DNA of 53,911 nt from Candidatus Thorarchaeota archaeon. Its GTDB lineage: Archaea > Asgardarchaeota > Thorarchaeia > Thorarchaeales > Thorarchaeaceae. The notes under the pieces are model-generated. The model searched no databases. It saw only the letters and a list, made by a program, of their open reading frames with translations, and was not told the origin of the DNA. The translations under genes were made by a program, and so were the position numbers. Shown piece after piece: positions 1 to 9,892 of this stretch (position 1 is the first letter of the stretch; every line of letters starts with the position of its first letter). The stretch is taken from assembly GCA_016839445.1 (NCBI GenBank), contig JAEOUG010000106.1, positions 1 through 53,911 on the forward strand, read 5' to 3'.

Positions 1-80
1 AATTGGAAGGACTTCGAATACGTGAAGAAGTGGGAGATAGATGACCTAGAGATACAGGTAGGGATGACCCCCAAGTAGTC

Positions 81-1409
81 CTAGACGGGGCTCTTCTCTC
101 TTGAGAGAAGCTCAACCAGAGTGTGGAAGAACTCAGCGTTCTCGACAAGTGATGATAGGGACACCCACTCATTGGGGCCGTGGAGGTTGTCACCACGAGG
201 GCCAAAGTCGAAGACATCTGCTCGGTCTCCAGCGAAGTAGCGGGAGTCGGAGCCTCCGAATCCTTCCACGAGCTTCACTGGAATGCCCTCTTTCTCAAGT
301 GCCCACTTGGCAGCTCGAATGAGGCGCGAATCCGGGTTGGAATCCACATACCCCGCTCCAGAACTCACACTCAGGGAGAATATCTCAGTCTTCCCATGGG
401 CCGCTTCCTCGATTGCCTTGTGGACTGCCTCCCCATCGTTTGTCATAGCACGAATGTCACAGTACAGCGTCCAGACATCGCCTTCTTTGGAGAGAAGATT
501 CGGAGCAACGATGGTTCCCTTGTCCGAGTGCTTGGTGGGGAAGGAGGCCTGTGAGATTGCTAGCAGCGACCTCATCATGCTCGTCAGGCCGTCGTCGAAC
601 TTGTATTCGGCTCCCTTCGGGTCCGGATGCACCACGTCCATCTCAACAGAGTCAGGAACAACGTTGGACTTGATGAATGCGCCTCTTACGTCAGCCACAA
701 CCGTATTGGGATTGAGATCAAGATATTTCGATGCAGCGAGCATTGCGTGACGATCGACCCCAGGTCGCATGTAGGCACTATGGCGAGAGGCAGTTCCGTA
801 CGTGTCGGTTGTGAACTTCACGGTTTCACCTCTGCCCTTGATTCTGAGTTGCTTCTCCTTCACCCTGAGGTTCGTGGGCAGTATGTTCCTTCGACGATGG
901 ATGATCTGCTGGTGCAGGCCATCAGCTACAACGACCAAGTCAGGGAACTGCCCTTGCTTCACGAGCCACTCCTTGAGATGTCCCGCACCACTTCGGCCCC
1001 CAATCTCTTCATCCCCTGTTGCTGCAATCATAACCGAGCATGAAGGGTCGGACTCGGCAAGGCGGTCAGCAAGAAGGAGCAACGAGGTGACGTTGCCCTT
1101 GTCGTCACAGGTCCCTCTACCGTAGGCCCGATCGCCATCTATCTCTACCTTCAGTGGATCTGTTTTCCAGCCCTCCCCAAACGGTACAACGTCGAAATGA
1201 GCCAGAAAGAGAATCTTCAGACGCCCATGCCCTCTGCGGCCATAGGCAGTGTAGTACCCATCGGACTCAAGAAGCTCAACACGGAACCCGAGCTTCTCGA
1301 GAACCTCGTTGATGTAGTTAGGACACTCTGGGCCGAACCTCTTATCCTTCTCATTGACGGTATTGAAAGAAACGAGTTTCGTGAGAACGTCCACATGGTC
1401 AAGCGTCAT
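81..1409 (-). CDS. M20 family metallopeptidase/deacylase (ArgE/DapE-like)
   Basis: Metal-binding motifs AHFDVVP, GRGTCDDKG, DEE and C-terminal HGPNE. Confidence 0.9.
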   Translation of the reverse strand: MTLDHVDVLTKLVSFNTVNEKDKRFGPECPNYINEVLEKLGFRVELLESDGYYTAYGRRGHGRLKILFLAHFDVVPFGEGWKTDPLKVEIDGDRAYGRGTCDDKGNVTSLLLLADRLAESDPSCSVMIAATGDEEIGGRSGAGHLKEWLVKQGQFPDLVVVADGLHQQIIHRRRNILPTNLRVKEKQLRIKGRGETVKFTTDTYGTASRHSAYMRPGVDRHAMLAASKYLDLNPNTVVADVRGAFIKSNVVPDSVEMDVVHPDPKGAEYKFDDGLTSMMRSLLAISQASFPTKHSDKGTIVAPNLLSKEGDVWTLYCDIRAMTNDGEAVHKAIEEAAHGKTEIFSLSVSSGAGYVDSNPDSRLIRAAKWALEKEGIPVKLVEGFGGSDSRYFAGDRADVFDFGPRGDNLHGPNEWVSLSSLVENAEFFHTLVELLSREKSPV

Positions 1410-1517
1410 GCTAGGTCGTGAGCTCTGATGCGGACCATAGTCAAAAATCTATCCGAAGAAAGAAAGAGAAGAGCGCCAAGGGAGGCATCTCTGCGTCCCT
1501 TGGATCTCATTTGGTTT

Positions 1518-3731
1518 CTATGTACGCTTGTATATCCAGCGATTCCATGAAGAGAGGTTCGGTAGCTCCTCAGGCATTCCCTTCCTCTTTCTGATCTCAA
1601 TGATCAGCTCTTCCTGCATGTTTCCGGGTACTGGCTCAAAGCCGCGGAACTCGTAGCCGAAGAAGCTTCGACCTGCGGTCGCGCTGCGGAACTCGTCCGC
1701 AATACCGATGGTCTCGGCGGTTGGAAGAGTGCCCTTCACAGCAACTGCGTCTTCTTCACCCTCGATAGTGATTACTTGGCCCCTATGCCCTGTAAGAACC
1801 TTGATCACTTGACCCTGTGTGTCGGTCGGGGTCTTGATGTCTGCATTCAGTACAGGTTCGTAGAGACCAGGTTTGCCTGTAAGGAAGCCCATGTTCAAGC
1901 CAGAGCTCACCATGGTTGCTACTTCGTTGTATCCGGTGTGAGCTGGGTCGTTGTGGATGGTGGCATCAGTGATGACTGCCTTGACACCCATGACTGGCTC
2001 GCGAGCAATTGGGCCACCGTCTAGGAACTCACGGAAGATTGTCTGGACATAGGAGAAGATTCTATCGAATCTCTGGACACCTGTCATGGCATCCACAAGA
2101 ATCGATGTCTCATAGACATCGAGAATCTTCCTCGCCTCCTTAGCGTCCCAGCCGCCCTCATCACGGAGAATCTGAGCTCGCTCACGGTCGTTCTGATCAG
2201 CAGTAATCTTGCGCTTCTTGATCAGATCAACGGTCTTTGCGTCGAGTGGCTCAAGGAACATCCGGATACGGTTGTGACCATTGGGTGACTTCGTGTGGAA
2301 CTCGTCGCCCCTCTCGGTCATCTTCTCACGGTAGACGATAATCGGCTCGGATACCTTGATCTTGACCTGCTCGTTGATTCTCTTAGTGAGAATCTCAATC
2401 TGCAGGGGATCTATTCCATCCAGTCGGTATTCACCTGACTCCTTGTCATGAACGAATCTTGCAGTGGGGTCAGCCATGATCCACTTGGATACGACCTCAC
2501 CAAGCTTGGCAATCTCTTGTGGATCGGTGGGCTTGATGCTGCGACTGACAACAGGCTCACTGACATACTCAATGGCCTCGAAGCCCTTCATGTCTGATTC
2601 AGGGCCTACGAATGACTCGCCAGAAGGACACATGAACCCAAAGACGGAGAAGAGGTTGCCTGCCGGAACTTCATCCATATCCAGAATGTCAGTGATCTCC
2701 TGCACACCAAGTCGCTTGACCTTCGCATTCTGCTTCATGTTGACCAGGCGGATTTCCTGGCCAGACTTGATAGTCCCAGAGAAGACTCTGCCAATCAGAG
2801 TAGGTCTCTTGCTCTTGGGGTCGATGAAGATCTTCGTGATCATTCCTAGCAGTGGTCCGTCGGGGTTGCAATCAAGCAATGCCTTGCCCTCGGGGGAGTC
2901 CATCTCGCCGCTCCAGATTCTGGGAATCTTGTACTTCTGAGCGTCCTTGGGATTGGGCAGATGCTTGACAATCATCTCTAGGAGAGCATCGTCCAGTGGG
3001 AGGTTCTCTCTGAGCCAGCGCTCATCGCCCTCGTTGTATTTCTCAAAGACAACAACTGGCTTGATGCCCTTCTTCTCCAGGGTCTTCATGGTAAAGGCCC
3101 AGCCGGTCTTCGCGCTTCCGATGGCAACGCTGCCATCCTGGAAGCTGACTCTCCAGTCCTTGCCATACTCCTTGGGAGCGACCTTCATGATGAGGTTGTT
3201 GACCTTCGCGATAATTGTGTCAATCCGCTCGTAGACCTTGGCAGGTGGGAGTTTGAGCTCGTTAATGAGCCGGTCCACCTTGTTGACGAACAGAACTGGC
3301 TTGCAGGCCTCTCCACCAACAGCTAGTCGGATGTTTGTCTCGGTCTGAGTCATTACTCCTTCTAGGGCGTCGACAAGGATGACTGCGCCGTCGCTGGCAC
3401 GCAGCGCACGGGAGACCTCACCGGTGAAGGAGAGGTGTCCTGGTGTGTCAGACAGCTGAACGAGATACTCCTCGCCTTCCACCTCGAAGTTCAGTAGGAC
3501 AACAGAGGTGAAGATAGTGATACCTCGTGCCTGTTCCTCCTCATCGCTGTCAGTCATAAGTGCCTGACCAGCCGCGGCGTCACTCATCAGACCAGCTCGT
3601 CGCATGAGGTAGTCTGTGGTGGTTGTCTTGCCGTGGTCGATGTGAGCGGAGATGGAAATGATTCTCTTGTGCTCGAAATCTCCTGATTTGATGAGCCTCT
3701 TGATTGCATCCGGCTCTTTGATCTTGACCAT
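1518..3731 (-). CDS. Translation elongation factor 2-like GTPase, probably the divergent Asgard paralog (aEF-2p)
   Basis: AHIDHGKTT, RGITI, DTPGH, NKVD, KSPNGHNR; diphthamide loop reads HNDPAHTG instead of HRG; no ribosomal protein genes nearby; ATG at 3729-3731 preferred as start. Confidence 0.9.
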   Translation of the reverse strand: MVKIKEPDAIKRLIKSGDFEHKRIISISAHIDHGKTTTTDYLMRRAGLMSDAAAGQALMTDSDEEEQARGITIFTSVVLLNFEVEGEEYLVQLSDTPGHLSFTGEVSRALRASDGAVILVDALEGVMTQTETNIRLAVGGEACKPVLFVNKVDRLINELKLPPAKVYERIDTIIAKVNNLIMKVAPKEYGKDWRVSFQDGSVAIGSAKTGWAFTMKTLEKKGIKPVVVFEKYNEGDERWLRENLPLDDALLEMIVKHLPNPKDAQKYKIPRIWSGEMDSPEGKALLDCNPDGPLLGMITKIFIDPKSKRPTLIGRVFSGTIKSGQEIRLVNMKQNAKVKRLGVQEITDILDMDEVPAGNLFSVFGFMCPSGESFVGPESDMKGFEAIEYVSEPVVSRSIKPTDPQEIAKLGEVVSKWIMADPTARFVHDKESGEYRLDGIDPLQIEILTKRINEQVKIKVSEPIIVYREKMTERGDEFHTKSPNGHNRIRMFLEPLDAKTVDLIKKRKITADQNDRERAQILRDEGGWDAKEARKILDVYETSILVDAMTGVQRFDRIFSYVQTIFREFLDGGPIAREPVMGVKAVITDATIHNDPAHTGYNEVATMVSSGLNMGFLTGKPGLYEPVLNADIKTPTDTQGQVIKVLTGHRGQVITIEGEEDAVAVKGTLPTAETIGIADEFRSATAGRSFFGYEFRGFEPVPGNMQEELIIEIRKRKGMPEELPNLSSWNRWIYKRT

Positions 3732-3823
3732 AGGGTGCACACTCGTGATTGTCTTCTCTCGCTGTCGGTATGATGTAGCCTATCCCCAACTTGTGAATAT
3801 GACACGAGAGAACTCGTCGGGGT

Positions 3824-3843
3824 CACCGATGACCTCATCGGTG
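3824..3843. promoter_or_regulatory. Perfect inverted repeat CACCGATGA-CC-TCATCGGTG upstream of the EF-2 paralog
   Basis: 9-bp arms seen directly, about 25 nt downstream (minus strand) of a TATA-like CTTTTAA at 3870-3876. Confidence 0.4.
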
Positions 3844-3981
3844 GCGTGCGCGACTTGCCGGGTGGAGTCTTAAAAGAATTACGTTGATGCCAATTGACAG
3901 GAGCCCCAGCGCTATCGAAGCAAGGAACCTTCTAGCTTAAGTGCTCATGATGCACACGGGGTCTGTGGAAGTGGGAGTCAA

Positions 3982-6900
3982 GTGCGAAACGGATGTAGGA
4001 TTCTCGCCGCTCTGATGCTGCTGCTCTTGTTGCAGGTCCCTGGAGTCGCGGAGCCCGTTGTCAATCAGCCACACAGGATCAATCAGGACTCCCCGCTTGC
4101 CCAGCACGCGTCCCCATCACAAGAGCCTCACTCAGTCTTCTGGATATCACACGACAACAGCTTTGAGGGCTACGGGCTTCCCGGGTCGGGAACCGAAGAA
4201 GACCCCTACATCATCGAGGGCTATGAGATCAACGGCGGGTCCTATTGCATAAACGTTCAGAGCACAAGAGCTCATTTCATCATCCGCGACTGTGTTCTTC
4301 GGACAAGCGATGCCAGTGGATACTACGCTCCGATCCGCTTCACGAACGTGAGCAACGGCAAGATACGTGACTGTGTGATCAACTCTGAGGAGCACGGAGT
4401 GAAACTAGTGAACAGCAGCTACTGCCGCGTTGCCAGATCCCATATCATTGCTGAGAATGACGGTGTCATAATATCGACGTCACGGGGCTGCCTTGTCACA
4501 AATAACGACATAAACAACGGAAATCGTGGAATCTGGTTTGACGAGTCCACAGAGTGTGAGGCCATAATCAACCGGATCGAAAAGGGAGGCATCAGAATCA
4601 ATGATCATAATGGCCCATACGATAGGTCTCACTGGGACCATCTGCTTGAAGATAACGAGGTCAATGGAAGACCGATAGTAGGTCTCTACGACTTGGCCAA
4701 TGTGTCCATTGATGCTTCTGGATTCGGTCAGCTCTTCATGTTCAACTGCTCTGGTGTGAGAGTGACATCAGGAGCCTTTACAAATGTCACTACTGCCTTC
4801 GAATTGATTGGTTGCACGAACTGCACTGTGACCCAGAGTTCAACAATGTTCAGCGAGGACGAGGGCTCAGTACTCTGGTGCACCAACTGCTCAATCTCGG
4901 ACTGCGCATTCAACTGGAGTCTCAGGGGGACGAAGATTGTTAACAGCAGCTACTGTCAAGTCACAGGCAATGTGGTTGGCGGCAGATTGCCTGAGGCCTA
5001 TTCCTCCTCCTATGGGTTCAGATTCATGTACAGCTCCTCCTGCAACTGCACAGGCAACCAAGTCCAAGAGAGAACAACCCCCTTCGAGGTGTCCGACTCT
5101 GATACCATCAGGGTGGAGGACAACACCATTTCGTTCACAGGTTATGGCATACATCTGACTTCGTCCCGGAACGTAGCAGTCGTCGGAAACGACTTCCCTG
5201 CCACAGCCGGAGGATTCTCTTCCTTTGCCTCAATCTCTGTCTACGGGTGTCGGAACATAAGCATCCTCAGCAACAACCTGAGTTCGTCAACAAACGAGGT
5301 GGTTGAAGTCGCATACTCGTATGAGGTCGACATCTCCCGGAACACAATACATGGGCTCCTTGAAGTTCGGACGACGTCTGACCTGACCTTAGACGGCAAT
5401 GCAGTGCAATCTCCGGTTTGGGACTCAATCGAGATCAGTTACGGATGTAGCAATCTAACCATCGTCAACAATCAGTTCTACAACGTCAGCCTGAGTTTCC
5501 TGAGCTCTGGCTACCTCTGCACAGCAATAAAGGAGATTGACAACAACACAATAAACGGAGTGCCCATTCTGGTAGTTGCAGGGGAAGAAGACGTGGATGT
5601 GAGCGCGGAGGAATTTGCCCAGCTGTTCGTGCTGGACTCCAACAACATAACCGTCTCGAATCGTAGCGTGGAGTACGTGGCAAATGCCATCGTAGCATGC
5701 AATTCCACTCTCATTATCAGGAACATGACTTCTCAATACTGCAGGACATTCCTGTCGGCCGGCTTCACTGAGTTCGTGCTCACCAACTCAAGTCTGGTGG
5801 GAACGAACGCTGCAATACTTGACATCGATTCATCAAGCCGGTGCACAATATCGGACTGCGATTTGGTGTCCGGGATGATCAGCATCTATCATTGCTCCGA
5901 TATCACCATCTCAGATTGCAGCATTCTTGGTCGGGGAGTGAGTGCGGGTTACTCCGAGCGGATCTTAGTCATGGACTGTGTCATCTCCTCGGACTACAGC
6001 CCACTCTCCTTCTACTACAACAACGATTCTTCTATCATAGGCAACCAAGTCCTAGACGGAGAGGCGACATCCATTCAGTGGTGCCGCAACATGACACTTC
6101 TCGACAACGAGCTTGGTCCAGCATGGATCGCAATGCAGGGCTACGCTACGGAGATGGACTTCTGGCGTCATCGAATTGAAGGCAACACACTCTTCGGAGT
6201 CCCGATTGGATACTTCTGTGACATGGCTGATTCTGAGATCAGCTATGACGGATACTCACAATTCATCGTCGTTCTCTGCAACAACACAAGAGTGGTTGGG
6301 GAATCACTAGGACCAGCATATCATGTCTTTATTGGGCCCTCCCAGAATGTGACCTTAGATGGGATCAAGACGGGAGAGTACTGTCATATAGAGGGTCTCT
6401 TCGCATGCAACTTGAATATACGCAACTGCGAGCTCGGAGGCTATGTCTATCTTGAGTACAGCCATGATGTGCATGTCAGCGGATGCGTGTTCACACCAGA
6501 CTCAAGCCTCTACACAGTGCTGTCCAACAGACCTGCTGTCTCAAACTGCACCTTCAACGAGGTCGGCCTAGGATTCTACGGAGGTTATGACGGCTCGGTT
6601 TCAAACTGCACATTCGTTTCATGTCCATATGCTGCCATAGGTCTCGAGTATTCTTGGAACACGACCATAGATGACTGCCAAACCCATGGGTGCTTCACAG
6701 GAATCTCTTCACGGGGCTCAGGCGCATTCACAATCACACGCAGCAAAATAACGGACTCGCTGGAAACCGGGATTGAGGCCATCTCCGCGGAATGGGCTAC
6801 AGTCTCCAATTGCCTGATAGAGGAATCGGGAAAACACGGGGTTCACTTCTGGGGATGTTCTCACTCCAATATTACCAAGAACAGGGTCTACGGGTCCGAC

Positions 6901-7536
6901 GAGATTGGTGTCTACCTTGACGGCTGCGAGAATGTGTCTGTCTGGGGGAACGCTGTCGGATGGAACTCAGGAGGGAACGCCTATGATGAAGATGGCGATG
7001 TCTGTCGATGGAACTTCGCTCTTGACGGTAACTTCTGGTCGGACTACTCGGGAAGCGGATGGTACTACATTCCTGGGAATACAGGCTCGGCAGATAGTAG
7101 GCCCAGTCTTCTCTTCGCACGTGACTACGCGGGGCCTGCAGTCGACCACCCCGCGGACAGGATGATCTGGAGCGGCGACGTCGAAGTGGTCACATGGTCT
7201 GTTCAAGATGAGAATCCAGTGACCTACAGAGTCTATCTCAATGGCACGCTCAACGAAACAGGAGGTACCCACACGCCGGTGGCCTCCGTGGAGCTAGACC
7301 TGACAGACTGGAGCCCGGGCAACTACATCCTGACCATCATCGTGACAGACATCTTTGGAGACTCGGCCACGGACACAGTCGTCGTGGACGTTCTTCAGAG
7401 GCAATCTACAGTCAGTGTCTTCCATTGGGAGTTTGTGTTGCTGGCCGGCGGTGCCGCTGCGGGCTTTGTAGTACTTGCCATTGTCCTGGGTAAGATACAA
7501 GTGAGAAGGGTCGACTCAACTACCTCGACGCGATGA
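3982..7536 (+). CDS. Secreted, membrane-anchored parallel beta-helix (NosD/CASH-repeat) surface glycoprotein
   Basis: Signal peptide, GSGTEEDPYIIEG motif, many N/C-rich beta-helix repeats, GNFWSDY motif, Ig-like domain, C-terminal TM helix with basic tail. Confidence 0.85.
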   Translation: MRNGCRILAALMLLLLLQVPGVAEPVVNQPHRINQDSPLAQHASPSQEPHSVFWISHDNSFEGYGLPGSGTEEDPYIIEGYEINGGSYCINVQSTRAHFIIRDCVLRTSDASGYYAPIRFTNVSNGKIRDCVINSEEHGVKLVNSSYCRVARSHIIAENDGVIISTSRGCLVTNNDINNGNRGIWFDESTECEAIINRIEKGGIRINDHNGPYDRSHWDHLLEDNEVNGRPIVGLYDLANVSIDASGFGQLFMFNCSGVRVTSGAFTNVTTAFELIGCTNCTVTQSSTMFSEDEGSVLWCTNCSISDCAFNWSLRGTKIVNSSYCQVTGNVVGGRLPEAYSSSYGFRFMYSSSCNCTGNQVQERTTPFEVSDSDTIRVEDNTISFTGYGIHLTSSRNVAVVGNDFPATAGGFSSFASISVYGCRNISILSNNLSSSTNEVVEVAYSYEVDISRNTIHGLLEVRTTSDLTLDGNAVQSPVWDSIEISYGCSNLTIVNNQFYNVSLSFLSSGYLCTAIKEIDNNTINGVPILVVAGEEDVDVSAEEFAQLFVLDSNNITVSNRSVEYVANAIVACNSTLIIRNMTSQYCRTFLSAGFTEFVLTNSSLVGTNAAILDIDSSSRCTISDCDLVSGMISIYHCSDITISDCSILGRGVSAGYSERILVMDCVISSDYSPLSFYYNNDSSIIGNQVLDGEATSIQWCRNMTLLDNELGPAWIAMQGYATEMDFWRHRIEGNTLFGVPIGYFCDMADSEISYDGYSQFIVVLCNNTRVVGESLGPAYHVFIGPSQNVTLDGIKTGEYCHIEGLFACNLNIRNCELGGYVYLEYSHDVHVSGCVFTPDSSLYTVLSNRPAVSNCTFNEVGLGFYGGYDGSVSNCTFVSCPYAAIGLEYSWNTTIDDCQTHGCFTGISSRGSGAFTITRSKITDSLETGIEAISAEWATVSNCLIEESGKHGVHFWGCSHSNITKNRVYGSDEIGVYLDGCENVSVWGNAVGWNSGGNAYDEDGDVCRWNFALDGNFWSDYSGSGWYYIPGNTGSADSRPSLLFARDYAGPAVDHPADRMIWSGDVEVVTWSVQDENPVTYRVYLNGTLNETGGTHTPVASVELDLTDWSPGNYILTIIVTDIFGDSATDTVVVDVLQRQSTVSVFHWEFVLLAGGAAAGFVVLAIVLGKIQVRRVDSTTSTR

Positions 7537-8299
7537 CGACCATCCGTTCCGAGGTCGAGCAATACTGCCTGCGGGGTAGCTGATTCTCACCGTATAGCTC
7601 AATCCTAGAGAAGCCGACCTCTTCGAGCATCGCCTTGATCTCGAGGGCGGTGTACATTCGGATATTGTTGTTCTCCAGGGCGTCCTGATTCATCAGCACA
7701 ATCCTATCTGCTTCGACATCGATATAGATGGCGGGTCGACCTGTTAGTACTCCAGCGGGAGCATCGAGCACGTGTGGCTCACTAAGCAAGAAGCCACCTT
7801 CGAGCTCCGTCCATGTCTGCTGGAAGCGGGGCAAGTTGTAAGGATTCATCAAGTCGAGCAAGAGCTTTCGCCCTTCTTTCAGTGCGTCATGAGACGCTTT
7901 GAGCACCTGCATATTCACATCATGGTTGAAGAATCCGAAGCTGTGGCTCAGCATGACAGCGGCATCGAACTGCTTGTCGAACTTCATGTTTCGCATGTCA
8001 CCAGTGAAGAAGTTCACGTCCACTCCGTCAGCCTTGGCGTGCTCTTGGCCTACTTCGATCAGTCGGTCAGAGATGTCAAACGCCGTGACCTTCAGCTTTC
8101 GCTTGGCGAGCTCGATGGACTGGTCGCCTGCACCACACGCTATGTCCAGAATCTCATGGCCCTTCTTGAGCCCTAAGGCTTCGATGCAGAAGTCCACCAC
8201 CATCCTGTCGTAGTGCTGGATACCTTGAATGGATCGTCGGTGCTTCACTCTGAACGTCTCCGCCCAGAACTCATTCCAGCCAAGCTCTACCTTGTCCAT
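7520..8299 (-). CDS. Class I SAM-dependent methyltransferase
   Basis: Motif I ILDIACGAG, AFDIS, GDMRNM, FDAAV, SFGFF. Confidence 0.9.
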   Translation of the reverse strand: MDKVELGWNEFWAETFRVKHRRSIQGIQHYDRMVVDFCIEALGLKKGHEILDIACGAGDQSIELAKRKLKVTAFDISDRLIEVGQEHAKADGVDVNFFTGDMRNMKFDKQFDAAVMLSHSFGFFNHDVNMQVLKASHDALKEGRKLLLDLMNPYNLPRFQQTWTELEGGFLLSEPHVLDAPAGVLTGRPAIYIDVEADRIVLMNQDALENNNIRMYTALEIKAMLEEVGFSRIELYGENQLPRRQYCSTSERMVVIASR

Positions 8300-8776
8300 T
8301 GCCTGTCAGCTCCAAGTGAACAGGAATCTGAAGCGACCCGGATATGAAGATTGTCATACGATTGACTTGACAAAGCAAACCATCGAGAAGAAGCTGGAGA
8401 AGGGGCGCGCCTGTTTCTTTTCGCCGGGAGGGACGAGACTCAGGAACAGGAAACTCAGAATGAGTGTGCTCCCATTCTCCACACGCAACTGAGGTAAGTC
8501 TGCCTATAAATCTAGTCTTTTCGTTATCCACGGGTATTTTAGGACCGGTATGTGATTATAACGGACACTCTGTCGAAAAACCGTCGGTCTTAGACACGCG
8601 TCTAGGGCACTCTAAGGCGCTTAGCGCGAGGTCAGAAATGCACAATGGAAGACCAATCTGGTTACAGATTGAAGCTGAGAACTAGAGTGAGTGAAGCATG
8701 GAACCAGCCTTGGGTCACAGGAGGAGCGAGCAGTGACAAGAGCCGCTCATCGAGAGGCTTGCCACATCAGAAAAGA

Positions 8777-8852
8777 TGGTAGCCCCGCCAGGACTCGAAC
8801 CTGGGTTCCCCGGTCCAGAGCCGAGGGTGCTGGACCACTACACTACGGGGCT
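8777..8852 (-). tRNA. tRNA-Gln(CTG), intronless, with genomically encoded CCA
   Basis: Reverse complement AGCCCCG...CGGGGCT-A-CCA; anticodon arm CTCGG-CT-CTG-GA-CCGGG; T arm CCAGG-TTCGAGT-CCTGG. Confidence 0.97.
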
Positions 8853-8927
8853 ATTGTGGAGCAGCAACCTCGTGAGTGGTTTTTACCCTTTTCGGTTGAG
8901 AACGAAACCAGACACCTCAAGGCACGG

Positions 8928-9794
8928 CTAGATTCCAACTTTGAAGATCAATGCATCCTTCAGGACTCGCTGGAACATCCGGGTCAGGTTCTTTCCTGCC
9001 GTGGCAATGGTGTCGTACACAGGGTAGCCCTGAAGGTCGAGCATCTCGACCATGTACTCGATGGGCAATGCGTTCGGCAGGTCACGCTTGTTGAGAGCAA
9101 CTATGATTGGAATCGTTGCCATCCGATCTGTACCCAAGGCAATCCTGAGCTCCTGAATGGAGGCGAGGTTCTCGTTCATCTGCTCAGGCGTAGAGTCAGC
9201 CATGAATATGATGCCATCACAGTCTCGCAAGACCTTGATTCTGCTACTCGCGTGCCGCCTCTGCCCAGCCACAGTGAACACGTCAAAGACAATCCTCTCA
9301 CTGGCGGTGACCGGCACGAAGTCGAAGAAGGTGGTGCGCCCCAGCTCATCAGAGATCTCCACTATCTTCCCCTTTGACAGAGACCTCACGTTTGCGAAGA
9401 GCCATCTCAGGGCAGTTGTCTTTCCTGACAGAGATGGACCGTAGAAGACTATCTTGATGTGAACTCGTCCGAGCTCATCACGCTTCAGCACACGGCCGGG
9501 CACAATCTCCGCCGCGGTCTGAGGAGATATCTGAGCCGCCCTAGCAAGGTTCGTTGTAGTTCCGACATCAACGCTCAGTTCCTCACGCGATGCCACGAGT
9601 CCACCCATTGAAACGGCGGCGGGTGGAGCGGGAGCGGGTCTGGTTCGGGATACAACAGGCACAGCCTTGGTTGCGGGTCCCTCGGAGGATTCCTTAAACA
9701 CAGCAGGGGCCGTCACGCTTTCCTCCGGCTCCTCGTGGACATCTGCTTTCTCGTCCGCTTTCTTGGAGCGGCGGAACCTCCTGAATATCGGCAA
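8928..9794 (-). CDS. MglA-like small GTPase with a low-complexity N-terminal extension
   Basis: KIVFYGPSLSGKTT, RTTFFDF, FTVAGQ, NKRD, TIATAG match the MglA family. Confidence 0.85.
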   Translation of the reverse strand: MPIFRRFRRSKKADEKADVHEEPEESVTAPAVFKESSEGPATKAVPVVSRTRPAPAPPAAVSMGGLVASREELSVDVGTTTNLARAAQISPQTAAEIVPGRVLKRDELGRVHIKIVFYGPSLSGKTTALRWLFANVRSLSKGKIVEISDELGRTTFFDFVPVTASERIVFDVFTVAGQRRHASSRIKVLRDCDGIIFMADSTPEQMNENLASIQELRIALGTDRMATIPIIVALNKRDLPNALPIEYMVEMLDLQGYPVYDTIATAGKNLTRMFQRVLKDALIFKVGI

Positions 9795-9892
9795 ACCTCT
9801 CTCCGCGAGTTGACTGTTCCATTCTAGACTTAAATCTTCGGGGGGTTTCCTTCGCAGTGACCTTTATCTGTGTGAGTCAGTGAGGAAGCCCC

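Noticed and set aside
8300-8776. Gene or ncRNA in the roughly 470-bp gap beside the tRNA
   Set aside because: Only short overlapping ORFs without convincing starts or motifs, and no strong stems noticed; left unannotated
3982-8852. Integrated element at the tRNA-Gln 3' end
   Set aside because: No integrase, no duplicated tRNA 3' end (att site) and no phage or plasmid genes seen
8691-9377. 228-aa plus-strand ORF
   Set aside because: It lies antisense to the tRNA-Gln and MglA-like genes and has no protein motifs
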